Source of the DNA: Thermoplasmatota archaeon
GTDB lineage: Archaea; Thermoplasmatota; E2; JACPAO01; JAHFTW01
Assembly (NCBI GenBank): GCA_041601615.1
Contig: JBFIHX010000001.1
Coordinates: forward strand, 64,001 to 128,000
DNA length: 64,000 nucleotides
Direction: 5' to 3'
Shown: positions 10,722-19,941 of the stretch, piece after piece
Position numbering within the stretch: position 1 is the stretch's first letter
How the letters are laid out: every line of letters starts with the position of its first letter
Notes under the pieces: generated by a model
Seen by the model: the letters and a program-made list of their open reading frames with translations, nothing else
Database searches by the model: none
What the model was told of the DNA's origin: nothing
Made by a program: the position numbers and the translations under genes

Positions 10722-10864
10722 ACATGGGAAGTCATCGAGACTTAGGAAGCTAGCAGGCTGGTACCTTTTGAGTGCATCCCATCCCCTCCTCGTGAGGCCA
10801 GCCTCGCTTCCTTTTATTCACCGGCTTCCCAGCGGAGCTTTTCCCGCCTAGGCGACGAGAACGA

Positions 10865-11179
10865 TTAGGCCACGTCGGGGTCTTCGATGCCCCAGCGGTG
10901 CTTCTTGGCCACGTCGTAGTTGCGGATGGCGACGTAGGTGCCCCGGGAGCTTACGGCCTGGACCTTGCCCAAGTCTTCCTGGCCAAGTTCCAGGTCTTCG
11001 AACTTGATGACGTCCTTGAGCCCTCCACGTTCGGACGGAAGGTTCATCGATAGGCTGACAACCTTGCGGCTGCCGGCGATGGGCATTCCAAGGGTCTGTA
11101 GGACCTCTAGGCTCTTGCCGGCGTCGATGTGGTCCAGAACGGACCCGTTGCGGATCGGGACGATTTTGAATTCTTTCAT
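10865..11179 (-). CDS. pyrI: Aspartate carbamoyltransferase regulatory chain, allosteric domain only
   Basis: IRNGSVLDHI..G, NLPS...G.KDVIK.E, IRNYDVAKK; ATGA-coupled to pyrB; no C-terminal Cys4 domain. Confidence 0.85.
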   Translation of the reverse strand: MKEFKIVPIRNGSVLDHIDAGKSLEVLQTLGMPIAGSRKVVSLSMNLPSERGGLKDVIKFEDLELGQEDLGKVQAVSSRGTYVAIRNYDVAKKHRWGIEDPDVA

Positions 11180-12075
11180 GCGGATTCTCCTAGGATATGC
11201 GAAAGGACACTCATGCGCACGGGCACGGCGTTGCGGGCTTGTTCGAAGTACTTGGCGGAGGGAAGGCTGTCCACGTCGACGCTGATTTCGTCTACGCGGG
11301 GCAGGGGGTGCATTACGATGGCGCGGCTCTTGGTGCGTGCCAGCAAGGCTCCATCCACCACGAGGCGACCGCTGCCGTCGGCAGACTCGGATGCGGTCAT
11401 GCGTTCCTTTTGGACGCGGGTGACGTAGAGGACGTCTGAGGTCGCGGCAGCATCTTCCAATTCGATCTCGGGGACGCGTCCATTGCCCACGTCGTCGGGC
11501 AGCGAGAGACCAGGAGCCGGCACGGCTACCACTTCGGCGCCGAGACCCTGAAGGGCAGGAACCAAGCTGTGGACCGTGCGGCCGTAGCGCAAATCGCCCA
11601 TGACTGCCACTCGCCGGCCAGCCAATTCGCCCAGGTTTTGTCGCATGGTGTACAAATCCAGAAACGTTTGCGTAGGATGTTCTCCTGATCCGTCGCCGGC
11701 GTTGATGACCGGTACGTCACTGACTCGGGCTGCTCTCTCTGCGGCGCCTTTTTCTGGGTGGCGGAGCACCAAGAGGTCGCCGTAGCCGCTCAGGACCTTC
11801 ACGGTGTCCTCCAGGGATTCGCCCTTGACACTGCTTGTACTGGTGCCGTCCGCAAACCCGATGATACTGGCGCCGAGCCGGTGGGACGCAGTCTCGAAAC
11901 TGAGCCTCGTGCGCGTGCTCGGCTCAAAAAAGGCCGCCGCGACGATGCGGTCGTGAAGCTCCTGCATGCGGCCACGTGGCCGCTCGGCGTACGCGGACGC
12001 AGTATCCAGAATCGCTAGAATCTCGTCGTTGGACAAGTCCGCGATTCGAGTGAGGCTTCGACCGGCAAGCGTCAT
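11176..12075 (-). CDS. pyrB: Aspartate carbamoyltransferase catalytic chain
   Basis: FFEPSTRTRLSF, KGESLEDT, HPTQ, GDLRYGRTVHS, RVQKER, MHPLPR. Confidence 0.97.
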   Translation of the reverse strand: MTLAGRSLTRIADLSNDEILAILDTASAYAERPRGRMQELHDRIVAAAFFEPSTRTRLSFETASHRLGASIIGFADGTSTSSVKGESLEDTVKVLSGYGDLLVLRHPEKGAAERAARVSDVPVINAGDGSGEHPTQTFLDLYTMRQNLGELAGRRVAVMGDLRYGRTVHSLVPALQGLGAEVVAVPAPGLSLPDDVGNGRVPEIELEDAAATSDVLYVTRVQKERMTASESADGSGRLVVDGALLARTKSRAIVMHPLPRVDEISVDVDSLPSAKYFEQARNAVPVRMSVLSHILGESA

Positions 12076-12077
12076 AG

Positions 12078-13544
12078 TCAAGCATCCAGAATGTGACTCA
12101 TCTCTTCACGGCGTCGGCTGCCAGGTCCTTGCTTGCCTTTGCTGTAGAACCGTCCGTTGAGGGACTTGAGCCAAATCGGCGTGATGAACGTCGTCAGCAT
12201 GACCACCAGAATGACTGCGGTGTACTGCCAGTTGACAATGAGGCCCGTGCTAAGGCCCAGGGCCGCAAAGATGAGGCCCACTTCGCCACGCGGCGCCATG
12301 CCGACGCCGACCACGAGGCGGCTTGCTTCGCCCTTCTTGGTGACACCCCAACCGCATGCGAGCTTGGCCAGCATCGCCACGATTGTGAGGGTAATTCCGA
12401 TGAGAACCACGCCCACGCCGTTGCCGCCCATTTGCGTCAAGTCCACGCGCATGCCGAGGGTGACGAAGAAGAAACTCACGAAGATGGCCGCGATGGGTCG
12501 CAGGTCCTCGAAGATTTTGTGCGCGTGCTTGGTCTGAGCCAGAATGAGGCCGCCTGCGAAGGCGCCCACGATGTCGGCGAGTCCGAACACTGTGGCAAGG
12601 TAGGCCATCAGGAGCGCGAATACGATTGCCATTGCGACGGGGAATCCCTTGACTTGGAATTTCTCGACGCCGAGGTCATAGAGCTGCGGAATGAAGCGCA
12701 AGCCCACGACGATGCTCACGACCAGGAAGAGAATCGCCTTGCCCGCGATGAAACCTAGTGCAAGGGCGTCGACGGTGGTGCCGCTGAGCGCTGCGGCCAC
12801 CATGGCTGCAATGATGGCGAGGATGATGAGTCCCGCGATGTCGTCGATGACTGCCGCTCCAAGGATGATCTTGGTTTCGTTGGTGTCCAACTTGCCCATG
12901 TCGCCCAGCACGCGTGCGGTGATGCCGACGCTCGTGGCCGTCAGTGTTGCGCCCACAAACAAGTGCAGCAGATGATTGCCGAGTGCGTCGTTGGCCACTT
13001 GCCAGGGTTCCCAATAATGAGATAAGCCCCAGCTGAAGCCGAATCCAACTGCGAAACTTGCCACCACTCCGATGATGGCGACGATGAGGCTGCTGACGCC
13101 CACGCGGGTCAACTCTTTCACGTCCGATTCGAGGCCGACTTCAAACAGCAGCAAAATGACGCCGATGGTGGCAAGGGCGCCCAGAATGGCAATCGCGTCG
13201 ATTTCCATGCCATGTTCTTCGATGAACTTGGCCAGAGCAGATTCCTTCTCCTGAACATCTTTTTCGGCTGCCGCCACTACGGTCGCGTTTGCATCGGAGC
13301 CCAGATGTTCCAAGGCCTCCCGGGACTCATGCAGTCCATCTTCGACGTCGTGGAACTCTGCTTCACGACCAAAGTCGGGCAGACCCACATAGCCGCCAAG
13401 CAGGCTTGCTCCTAGGAGAATTCCCACTAGCAGCTCACCAAGCACCGAGGGTTGCTTGAAGCGCTCTGCTGCCTCACCACCCAGCTTTGCGCCAAGGATG
13501 ATGATCAGGATGCTCAAGAGAATCGGCTCAGGGCCACCGGACAT
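12078..13544 (-). CDS. CPA2-family cation:proton antiporter (NapA/KefB-like)
   Basis: QPSVLGELLVGILLG, LLFEVGLE, ATSVGIT, AAVIDD, GMAPRGEV; about 12-13 hydrophobic helices. Confidence 0.92.
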   Translation of the reverse strand: MSGGPEPILLSILIIILGAKLGGEAAERFKQPSVLGELLVGILLGASLLGGYVGLPDFGREAEFHDVEDGLHESREALEHLGSDANATVVAAAEKDVQEKESALAKFIEEHGMEIDAIAILGALATIGVILLLFEVGLESDVKELTRVGVSSLIVAIIGVVASFAVGFGFSWGLSHYWEPWQVANDALGNHLLHLFVGATLTATSVGITARVLGDMGKLDTNETKIILGAAVIDDIAGLIILAIIAAMVAAALSGTTVDALALGFIAGKAILFLVVSIVVGLRFIPQLYDLGVEKFQVKGFPVAMAIVFALLMAYLATVFGLADIVGAFAGGLILAQTKHAHKIFEDLRPIAAIFVSFFFVTLGMRVDLTQMGGNGVGVVLIGITLTIVAMLAKLACGWGVTKKGEASRLVVGVGMAPRGEVGLIFAALGLSTGLIVNWQYTAVILVVMLTTFITPIWLKSLNGRFYSKGKQGPGSRRREEMSHILDA

Positions 13545-13666
13545 TGTCGCGGCCGAGCCGGCCTCGTCCAAAAAGGGTGCCGCCACTCCAAGCGCCCACT
13601 GCAACCATGCAGGACGTAGCGGTTATGTACCGGATGAGGGTCGGCGACTCCGTCCCCGGACCTCGC

Positions 13667-13739
13667 GGGCTGGTAGTCTAGGGGTTATGACATCGCTTTT
13701 ACAAGGCGAGGATCGTCGGTTCAATTCCGACCCAGCCCA
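13667..13739 (+). tRNA. tRNA-Val (TAC)
   Basis: Acceptor GGGCTGG/CCAGCCC + A, anticodon arm TCGCT-TTTACAA-GGCGA, T arm GTCGG-TTCAATT-CCGAC. Confidence 0.95.
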
Positions 13740-13797
13740 CTCCCACCAAAGGGACAACACTCGCCTCCGACAAAGACGAGTTCATTCGCACCCCCAT

Positions 13798-13870
13798 AGC
13801 CCCCTAGTGTAGTGGTCAATCATCTGGGATTCTGGTTCCTGGGACTGCGGTTCGAATCCGCAGGGGGCTA
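13798..13870 (+). tRNA. tRNA-Gln (CTG)
   Basis: Acceptor AGCCCCC/GGGGGCT + A (A1-U72 as in archaeal Gln), anticodon loop TTCTGGT, T arm GCGG-TTCGAAT-CCGC. Confidence 0.93.
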
Positions 13871-14119
13871 TTTTGTGCACTGTGGCACTCGTGTCGCTCC
13901 TGATTTTTTCAGCTTAAGCGGCGCGGGTGCTGCTGTTTTTTGGCCCCGGCTCGAACGCGTTTTCGGCTGTTTATGGAGAAAAAACCCATGCGCCAAAGCG
14001 CCGCTTGGCCCATTACAGACTTGGGTTCTTCTTGCGCGGTCTTGCCCGCGAGGCTCCTTCGATTCTGCGGCGACTTTTTTTGAGCCTGTTTTTCGCCTCG
14101 GTCTGGTCGATTCTTCGAC

Positions 14120-14809
14120 TCAAACGGGTGATCCAAACAGCACGAAGATGAGCAAGGCGATGCTTGCGAGGAGGGCTCCGGTGTAAGCGAGTTTGCTCCA
14201 TCGCAGAATTTTTTTGCCGTCCAGAGGACCGAAGGGGAGCAAGTTGAAGACGGCGAGGAACGCGTTGACGAGGGCGAGGGTTTCGGCGATGAGGTGGCCG
14301 AGGCTCTCGGTGTTGGCGGTCCAGACAAAGGGGAGGGCGACCAGTGCGATGACGAAGTTGGTGGCGGGCCCCATGAGGCTGATGAGGCCGTTTTCTCGTT
14401 GGGTGACACGGCCCCAGATGTGGACGGCTCCGGGGGCAGCAAAGAGGAATCCGGCGCCAAGTGCGACGGCGACGCTGATGGCGAGGCCGGCGAATTGGGC
14501 GCGGAATTCTGCCCAGTGACCGTAGCGTTGGGCGAGGACTTTGTGGGCAAGTTCGTGCAGGACGAAGCCGCTGCCGACGGCGATGAAGGAGGCGAGGTAG
14601 ATGCTTGGGGGAGCTTGGAGGCGGTCTTGGAGGTCCATGCGGCCCATGGTGGGGCTGTTGACGCGTTCGTGTAGGATGAAGGCGAATGCGAGGGTGAGGA
14701 GGACGACGGAGCCGATGAGGTGGAGCACCTCGTGGCGGCTGAAGCTGATGCGGGGTTCGGGCGCGGGCAGGGGTGCTCCGGGGTTGGAAACGTACTGCGA
14801 GCCGTTCAT
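14120..14809 (-). CDS. Site-2 protease (M50) membrane metalloprotease, short archaeal type
   Basis: HELAH, GP..N, FNLLPFGPLDG; GGAGG upstream of ATG 14809. Confidence 0.92.
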   Translation of the reverse strand: MNGSQYVSNPGAPLPAPEPRISFSRHEVLHLIGSVVLLTLAFAFILHERVNSPTMGRMDLQDRLQAPPSIYLASFIAVGSGFVLHELAHKVLAQRYGHWAEFRAQFAGLAISVAVALGAGFLFAAPGAVHIWGRVTQRENGLISLMGPATNFVIALVALPFVWTANTESLGHLIAETLALVNAFLAVFNLLPFGPLDGKKILRWSKLAYTGALLASIALLIFVLFGSPV

Positions 14810-14810
14810 A

Positions 14811-15992
14811 TTAGCCTCCAAAGACCGCGGTGTAGAGTTGGCTGGCGGCGATGTAGGTGCCGATGGTGCTGCCGAGGTTGGCGAGTGCCGTGACGAGGAT
14901 GATGCGTACGACGCCGTTGCCCCAGAAGCCGCGGAAGGTCTCGATGTCGCGGATTTCTTGGAAGTCGCCGACGGTGGGGGTGCGGATTTTGGCTTCGACC
15001 AGGCCGGCAAACCAGCCGGCGGCGAGCGTGGGATTGACGCTAGTGATGGGGGCGGCGACGAAGGCCGTGAGGATGGTGAGGATGTGGCCGCCGGCTAGTG
15101 CTGCGCCGAGGGCGCTGAGGGTGCCGTTGACGAGAATCCAGACCAGAACTGCGTCCTTGAGTTCCGCATAGTTTCCTTGGTACAGGAGGACGCCGAAGCC
15201 GGCGAGTACGAGGGCGGGAACGAGGATGCCGATGGCTTTGCCGACGCCGAACCGTTTGGCGGGCAATTCATCGAGGATTTCGCGGTCGGGGCGGGTGCCT
15301 GAGTTGAGGTGGGTTTTGAGGCCGGGTATGTGTCCGGCTCCGACGACGGCGATGAGGGTGGCGCCGCCTTCTGCTTGCTCGTCGATGTGGCTGGCCATGT
15401 AGGCGTCGCGTTCGTCGATGAGGGCGACTTTGACTTTGGGCGCAAAGCGGGCAAATTCGTCGGTCATCGCGGTGATGGCGTCGGTTTCAAGGAGGGCATC
15501 CACGTCGGCGCTGGCGGTGGATTCCGCGTCTTTGTCCTTGCCCTTCGCGGGGGTCAGGATTTCGATCCAGACGTTCCAGAAAAGGCGCATTTTCTCCCAG
15601 AAGCCGAGGCTGCCGAAGCCGCGCTTGAGGGTGATGCTGACGTCGCGGTCGATGAGAACCACTTCGGCGCCCACTTCATCGGCGACTTGGACGGCGCGAA
15701 GCATGTCCATGCCGGGGCTGACGCCGGTTTCTTTGCCGACGCGGCTTTGCATATTGGCCAAATAAAGCTGGAGCAGGAACAGGTGCTGTTTTTTCTCGCG
15801 CAGCACTTGCACGATGTCGGTTTTTTGCCACGCTTCGGGGTCGCGAAGCGCATCAAATCGGCGGGTGTCCAGTTCCACGAGGACCTTCTGGGGCCGTCGC
15901 TCGCGGATGGTCTCCTCTACGGTCCGGACACTGGTTGCAGAAACATGGGCGGTCCCTACTAGGACAACACCTTCTCGTACCTCTTCAATCAC
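14811..15992 (-). CDS. TraB/PrgY/GumN family protein with C-terminal membrane domain
   Basis: LVGTAHVS, VELD..R, PGMDM, LIDRD, ERDAYMA, VVGAGH, AAPITS.NP. Confidence 0.9.
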   Translation of the reverse strand: MIEEVREGVVLVGTAHVSATSVRTVEETIRERRPQKVLVELDTRRFDALRDPEAWQKTDIVQVLREKKQHLFLLQLYLANMQSRVGKETGVSPGMDMLRAVQVADEVGAEVVLIDRDVSITLKRGFGSLGFWEKMRLFWNVWIEILTPAKGKDKDAESTASADVDALLETDAITAMTDEFARFAPKVKVALIDERDAYMASHIDEQAEGGATLIAVVGAGHIPGLKTHLNSGTRPDREILDELPAKRFGVGKAIGILVPALVLAGFGVLLYQGNYAELKDAVLVWILVNGTLSALGAALAGGHILTILTAFVAAPITSVNPTLAAGWFAGLVEAKIRTPTVGDFQEIRDIETFRGFWGNGVVRIILVTALANLGSTIGTYIAASQLYTAVFGG

Positions 15993-16101
15993 CGCGCTCC
16001 GGTGACGGACTTGGCGGTGGCTCTAAGCGTCTCCGGTCCAGACAGCGGGCCCTGGGGCGCCCACTGCAACCGCTATGAAGGGGGGCCGTGTCGGCCGACC
16101 C

Positions 16102-16659
16102 ATGGGCGCGATCATTGTCACCGGCATCCCAGGTGTCGGCAAGACGACCGTGATGGAGGCCGCCGCCTCACAGGCCGGCTGTGATATCGCTGTGTATGGC
16201 TCCGTGATGTTCGCGGTCGCCTCCGAGCAGGGTCTTGTGGAGCACCGTGACGAGATGCGCCGACTTGACCCAGAGGTTCAGAAGAAGGTCCAGCGCGCCG
16301 CCGCCGAGCGCATTGCAGCCATGGGAGACGTGGTCGTGGACACCCACTGTACCATCAAGACGCCCAAGGGCTACCTTCCTGGCCTGCCCGCTTGGGTTCT
16401 GACGAGCCTTATGCCCAGCACCATTGTGCTCGTGGAGGCCGACGCCGCCGAGATCCAGGGCCGCCGTGCTGGCGACGAGACCCGGGTTCGCGACGTGGAC
16501 AGCCTTGAGGCCATCGCGGAACACCAGGAGTACAACCGGCGCTTTGCCGCTTCCTACGCCACACTCACCGGCGCCACCGTGCACACCGTCTACAACCACG
16601 ACGGCAAAGTGGACGACGCCATTCGCCAAATCCTGCCCGTCGTGGGCGTCACCGCCTGA
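16102..16659 (+). CDS. adkA: Archaeal adenylate kinase
   Basis: TGIPGVGKTT, RDEMR, VDTH..IKTP.GYLPGLP. Confidence 0.95.
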   Translation: MGAIIVTGIPGVGKTTVMEAAASQAGCDIAVYGSVMFAVASEQGLVEHRDEMRRLDPEVQKKVQRAAAERIAAMGDVVVDTHCTIKTPKGYLPGLPAWVLTSLMPSTIVLVEADAAEIQGRRAGDETRVRDVDSLEAIAEHQEYNRRFAASYATLTGATVHTVYNHDGKVDDAIRQILPVVGVTA

Positions 16660-16667
16660 GGACCATC

Positions 16668-17327
16668 ATGGCCGCATCACCCCCCGCCGCACCTGCCCGC
16701 AAACCTGGATCGTTCCTGAATATCGTGCTGTTTGTCGCGATGTTCTACATCATCCTGCAACCGAAGATCCGCAACGCCATGGGCGAAGGCCTGGACAAGG
16801 TGCTTGGTCCTGTCATCGGGTTCGACGGCCGCTACCCTGTGCTCACCATCATGATTGCGGGTGCCTTGATGGTGTTGTTCACCACCGCCGTGCGCCACTT
16901 CACCACCGATTGGCTGGACATGGCCAAGAACCAGGCGTTCATGCGTGAGTTCCAGAAGGAGTTCTCGAAGGCGCGCAAGGAAAACAACACCTACCGCATC
17001 AAGAAGCTCACCGAGAAGCAGCCGGAAGTGATGCAGAAGCAGTCGGAGATGAGCAGCAAGCAACTCAAGACCATGCCGTACACGATGATCATCGTCGTGC
17101 CGCTGTTTGCCTGGCTCTTTCACTTCCTGACAGCGACGGTGGACTACACGTTCTACTCCAACCCCTGGAACCCCAACGTGGACATGTTCAGCACGAATGT
17201 GTTTCCCAACTGGATTTTGCTCTACATGACGCTCAGCATTCCTGTGGGTGCTTTGGTGCAAAAGAGCATGAAGTACCTCTCCTGGAAGGAACGCTGGCAA
17301 GACCGCCACCCCGACGTCCACGAGTAG
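16668..17327 (+). CDS. DUF106 (EMC3/TMCO1, Oxa1-superfamily) membrane insertase homolog
   Basis: TM - coiled coil - two TM layout, PLFAW, WILLYM..S; conserved position after adk. Confidence 0.88.
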   Translation: MAASPPAAPARKPGSFLNIVLFVAMFYIILQPKIRNAMGEGLDKVLGPVIGFDGRYPVLTIMIAGALMVLFTTAVRHFTTDWLDMAKNQAFMREFQKEFSKARKENNTYRIKKLTEKQPEVMQKQSEMSSKQLKTMPYTMIIVVPLFAWLFHFLTATVDYTFYSNPWNPNVDMFSTNVFPNWILLYMTLSIPVGALVQKSMKYLSWKERWQDRHPDVHE

Positions 17328-17336
17328 GGCCCGGAC

Positions 17337-17909
17337 ATGGTGGTTGTAACTGTCGGGGGACTCCCCGGTACCGGAACCAGCACCCTCTGCGGCGTTCTTC
17401 AGAAGGCGACCGGCCTCAGGTACGTCTACGCCGGCCGCATCTTTCGTGAAGAAGCGCGCAGGCGCGGCATGGAGCTTGCTGCGTTTGGCGCATTGTGCCA
17501 GACGGATCCCAGTGTGGACCAGGCCCTCGACGCCCAGCAAGTGGAACTCCTGAAGGGCGACGAATTGCTGTTGGAGGGGCGCCTCGCGGGGTGGCTGGCG
17601 CATCAAAACCGTATCCGGGCGCTCAAGGTCTGGGTCGTCTGCGACGAAACCGAGCGCGTGCGGCGCCTCGTGGACCGAGACGGCGGCACCCTTGGCGAAC
17701 AAGCGGGCAAGGCGGCGGCACGCGAGCAAAGCGAAGCGGACCGCTACCGGCGCTACTACGGCATCGACCTTGCGGACTTTGCCCCCTATGACTTGGTGTT
17801 GGATTCGACGCACAAATTGCCGCAGGAACTGGCGCAAGAAGTTCTCGCGCTGCTCCACCAAGGATTCGACGCCGCCCCGGACGCGCCGGGCGCAAGCACA
17901 TCGTCTTAA
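17337..17909 (+). CDS. cmk: Archaeal cytidylate kinase
   Basis: GLPGTGTST, G.IFR, LEGRLAGW, RY..YYGID, YDLVLDS. Confidence 0.92.
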   Translation: MVVVTVGGLPGTGTSTLCGVLQKATGLRYVYAGRIFREEARRRGMELAAFGALCQTDPSVDQALDAQQVELLKGDELLLEGRLAGWLAHQNRIRALKVWVVCDETERVRRLVDRDGGTLGEQAGKAAAREQSEADRYRRYYGIDLADFAPYDLVLDSTHKLPQELAQEVLALLHQGFDAAPDAPGASTSS

Positions 17910-17932
17910 GAGCGGCCTTCTGTCGCCGGTCC

Positions 17933-18940
17933 GTGTCCGAACGAAGCGGCGTCCTGCCCGCCGAGCGCCCCCGCAAGCGCGTTGTGCGCATGGCTAGCAA
18001 CACGGACCCGGCGTTTGGCAAGAAGCCCGCCGACCGAACCGCCGAGGAGCGCCTTGCCTGCGGGGTTGTCTGCCTCGACAAACCGAGCGGCCCCACGAGC
18101 CACCAAGTGGCAGCGTGGCTGCGCAATGCCTTGGACGTTCGGGACGTGGGCCACGGAGGCACCCTGGACCCCAAGGTCACCGGTGTGCTCCCGGTCACCG
18201 TCGGATCGGCCACCAAGGTCGTCTCGGCTTTGCTGACCAGCGGCAAGGAATACGTCGCTGTGTGTCGTTTGCACGAGGAAGTGGACGAGGAGATGATCCG
18301 CCGCGTGGTTGCTCGCCAATTCGTCGGTAAGGTCCAGCAGACTCCGCCCGTGCGCAGTGCCGTCGCCCGCCGCCCCCGCATCCGCCGCGTCTACTACAAC
18401 GACGTGCTCGAAGTGAACGGCCGCGATGTCTTGATGCGCATCGGTTGCCAAGCAGGCACCTACATTCGGACCCTATGCGTGGATCTTGGTCGCGAACTGG
18501 GCACCCGGGGCCACATGCAGGAACTGCGCCGCAGCCGCACGGGCCTCTTCAAGGAAGACGACCTCGTAACCCTCCACGATGCGCTGGACGCGCGCATCTT
18601 CATGGAAGCCGGCGACCCCAGTTGGATGCTGGACGTGGTGCGCCCGGTCGAGGACGTTACCTCGCACTTGAACAAGATCGTGCTGCGAGACACCGCCATC
18701 GATGCGGTTTGTCACGGCGCGCCCCTGGCGGTCATCGGTATTGCCGCGCTCGACTCGGGCATTGAAGTGGGCGAAACCGTTGCCTTTGAGACCCTCAAAG
18801 GCGAATTGGTCGGGCTTGGAGAAGCCGACATGACCACACAGCAGATCCTTGCCTCCGAAAAGGGCCTCGCGGCTCGTGTGCAAAGGGTTGTCATGCGCAA
18901 GGGAACATACCCTCGCACGTGGAAGAACCGCCGGGCCTAG
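17933..18940 (+). CDS. cbf5: H/ACA pseudouridine synthase Cbf5 (TruB family with PUA domain)
   Basis: LDKPSGPTSHQV, GHGGTLDPKVTGVL, PPVRSAV, GTYIRTLC, MQELRR, C-terminal PUA. Confidence 0.96.
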   Translation: MSERSGVLPAERPRKRVVRMASNTDPAFGKKPADRTAEERLACGVVCLDKPSGPTSHQVAAWLRNALDVRDVGHGGTLDPKVTGVLPVTVGSATKVVSALLTSGKEYVAVCRLHEEVDEEMIRRVVARQFVGKVQQTPPVRSAVARRPRIRRVYYNDVLEVNGRDVLMRIGCQAGTYIRTLCVDLGRELGTRGHMQELRRSRTGLFKEDDLVTLHDALDARIFMEAGDPSWMLDVVRPVEDVTSHLNKIVLRDTAIDAVCHGAPLAVIGIAALDSGIEVGETVAFETLKGELVGLGEADMTTQQILASEKGLAARVQRVVMRKGTYPRTWKNRRA

Positions 18941-19932
18941 TTTCCTTGCACGCTGCCCTCGCTGCCGTCGGCCTCGACCTGCGCTTTAGTGAATACTGGT
19001 TGTTGGTGTGGGCTGGCGCCGCCGTGACGGGGATTCTGTATTCCATTCTAGCTCGCGAGCGTCCACCCGGAGCGGCCCGCAGCGTCGGCCTCGGACTCAT
19101 GAGTGTGCCCGTTTGGATGGCGATTTGGGGCTTCGTGGACAGCATTTCGGTGCTCACGGACCCCAACAGTGTGCTGCGTCCCATCAGCCGTGCGGGCCTG
19201 AGCCGCACCTACGCTCATGGATTGATTCGAGACATTGGCTACCTTGGCTCCGGCTTTTTGCTATGGACTCTGCACCAGGGCTTCCCCTTGCGGGTGCGGG
19301 AACTGGCCGCTCGTTTGCGTGATGAGGGCTTTCCCATGGGTCGCAGCGGCCGCGAGAGCACGAGCAGCCTACACGGCTACGCTTGGTTTCCGGTCCTGCT
19401 TCTGGGCACCATTGCATTCAACCTCCTCATTCGCCAAGCGGCGCCCGCCTTGAACAACGGCAACGAGAGCGACGTATGGGCCAACCTAACCCTGTACCAC
19501 GTCGTGATGATCAGCTTGACAGCGGCGTTCACGGAGGAACTGGTCTACCGGGTCTTCTTGCTCGCCGTTTTGCAGCGCATCCTGTTGCGCGTCGGCGCCA
19601 GTGCACGCGCCAGCATCATCGGTGCCGTAGTGGGTCAGGCGATCTTGTTTGGGCTTGCCCACGCCGGGTACGGCACTTGGAGTCATGTCCTGCTGCCCGC
19701 GGGGTTCGGCATCATCGCCGGCATCGCGGCGGTGCGCTTTGGGCTCTGGAGTGCCATTGTCTTGCATTTTCTTGTGGACATCTACGCACTTGGGGCGCAG
19801 TTGTTCACGGAGCTGCCGTGGTTTGCTGCCTTCTTGACGTGGGGGCTCTTGGTGAACATCGCGGTAGCCCTAGGCATCGGCCTCCGGTGGGCGTGGACGA
19901 ATCTGCGGCCGGCGCCCCCGTCGGCGTCCTAG
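18919..19932 (+). CDS. CPBP (CAAX/Abi) intramembrane glutamic protease
   Basis: EELVYR, FGLAH, LH..D motifs in a multi-TM protein; start may be TTG 18946. Confidence 0.85.
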   Translation: MEEPPGLVSLHAALAAVGLDLRFSEYWLLVWAGAAVTGILYSILARERPPGAARSVGLGLMSVPVWMAIWGFVDSISVLTDPNSVLRPISRAGLSRTYAHGLIRDIGYLGSGFLLWTLHQGFPLRVRELAARLRDEGFPMGRSGRESTSSLHGYAWFPVLLLGTIAFNLLIRQAAPALNNGNESDVWANLTLYHVVMISLTAAFTEELVYRVFLLAVLQRILLRVGASARASIIGAVVGQAILFGLAHAGYGTWSHVLLPAGFGIIAGIAAVRFGLWSAIVLHFLVDIYALGAQLFTELPWFAAFLTWGLLVNIAVALGIGLRWAWTNLRPAPPSAS

Positions 19933-19941
19933 GGGCCGGCT

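Noticed and set aside
13871-14119. Possible integrated element or ncRNA downstream of tRNA-Gln (inverted AAGCGGCGC/GCGCCGCTT)
   Set aside because: No duplicated tRNA 3' end or integrase; a single 9-bp stem plus T-tracts is explained by terminators of converging genes
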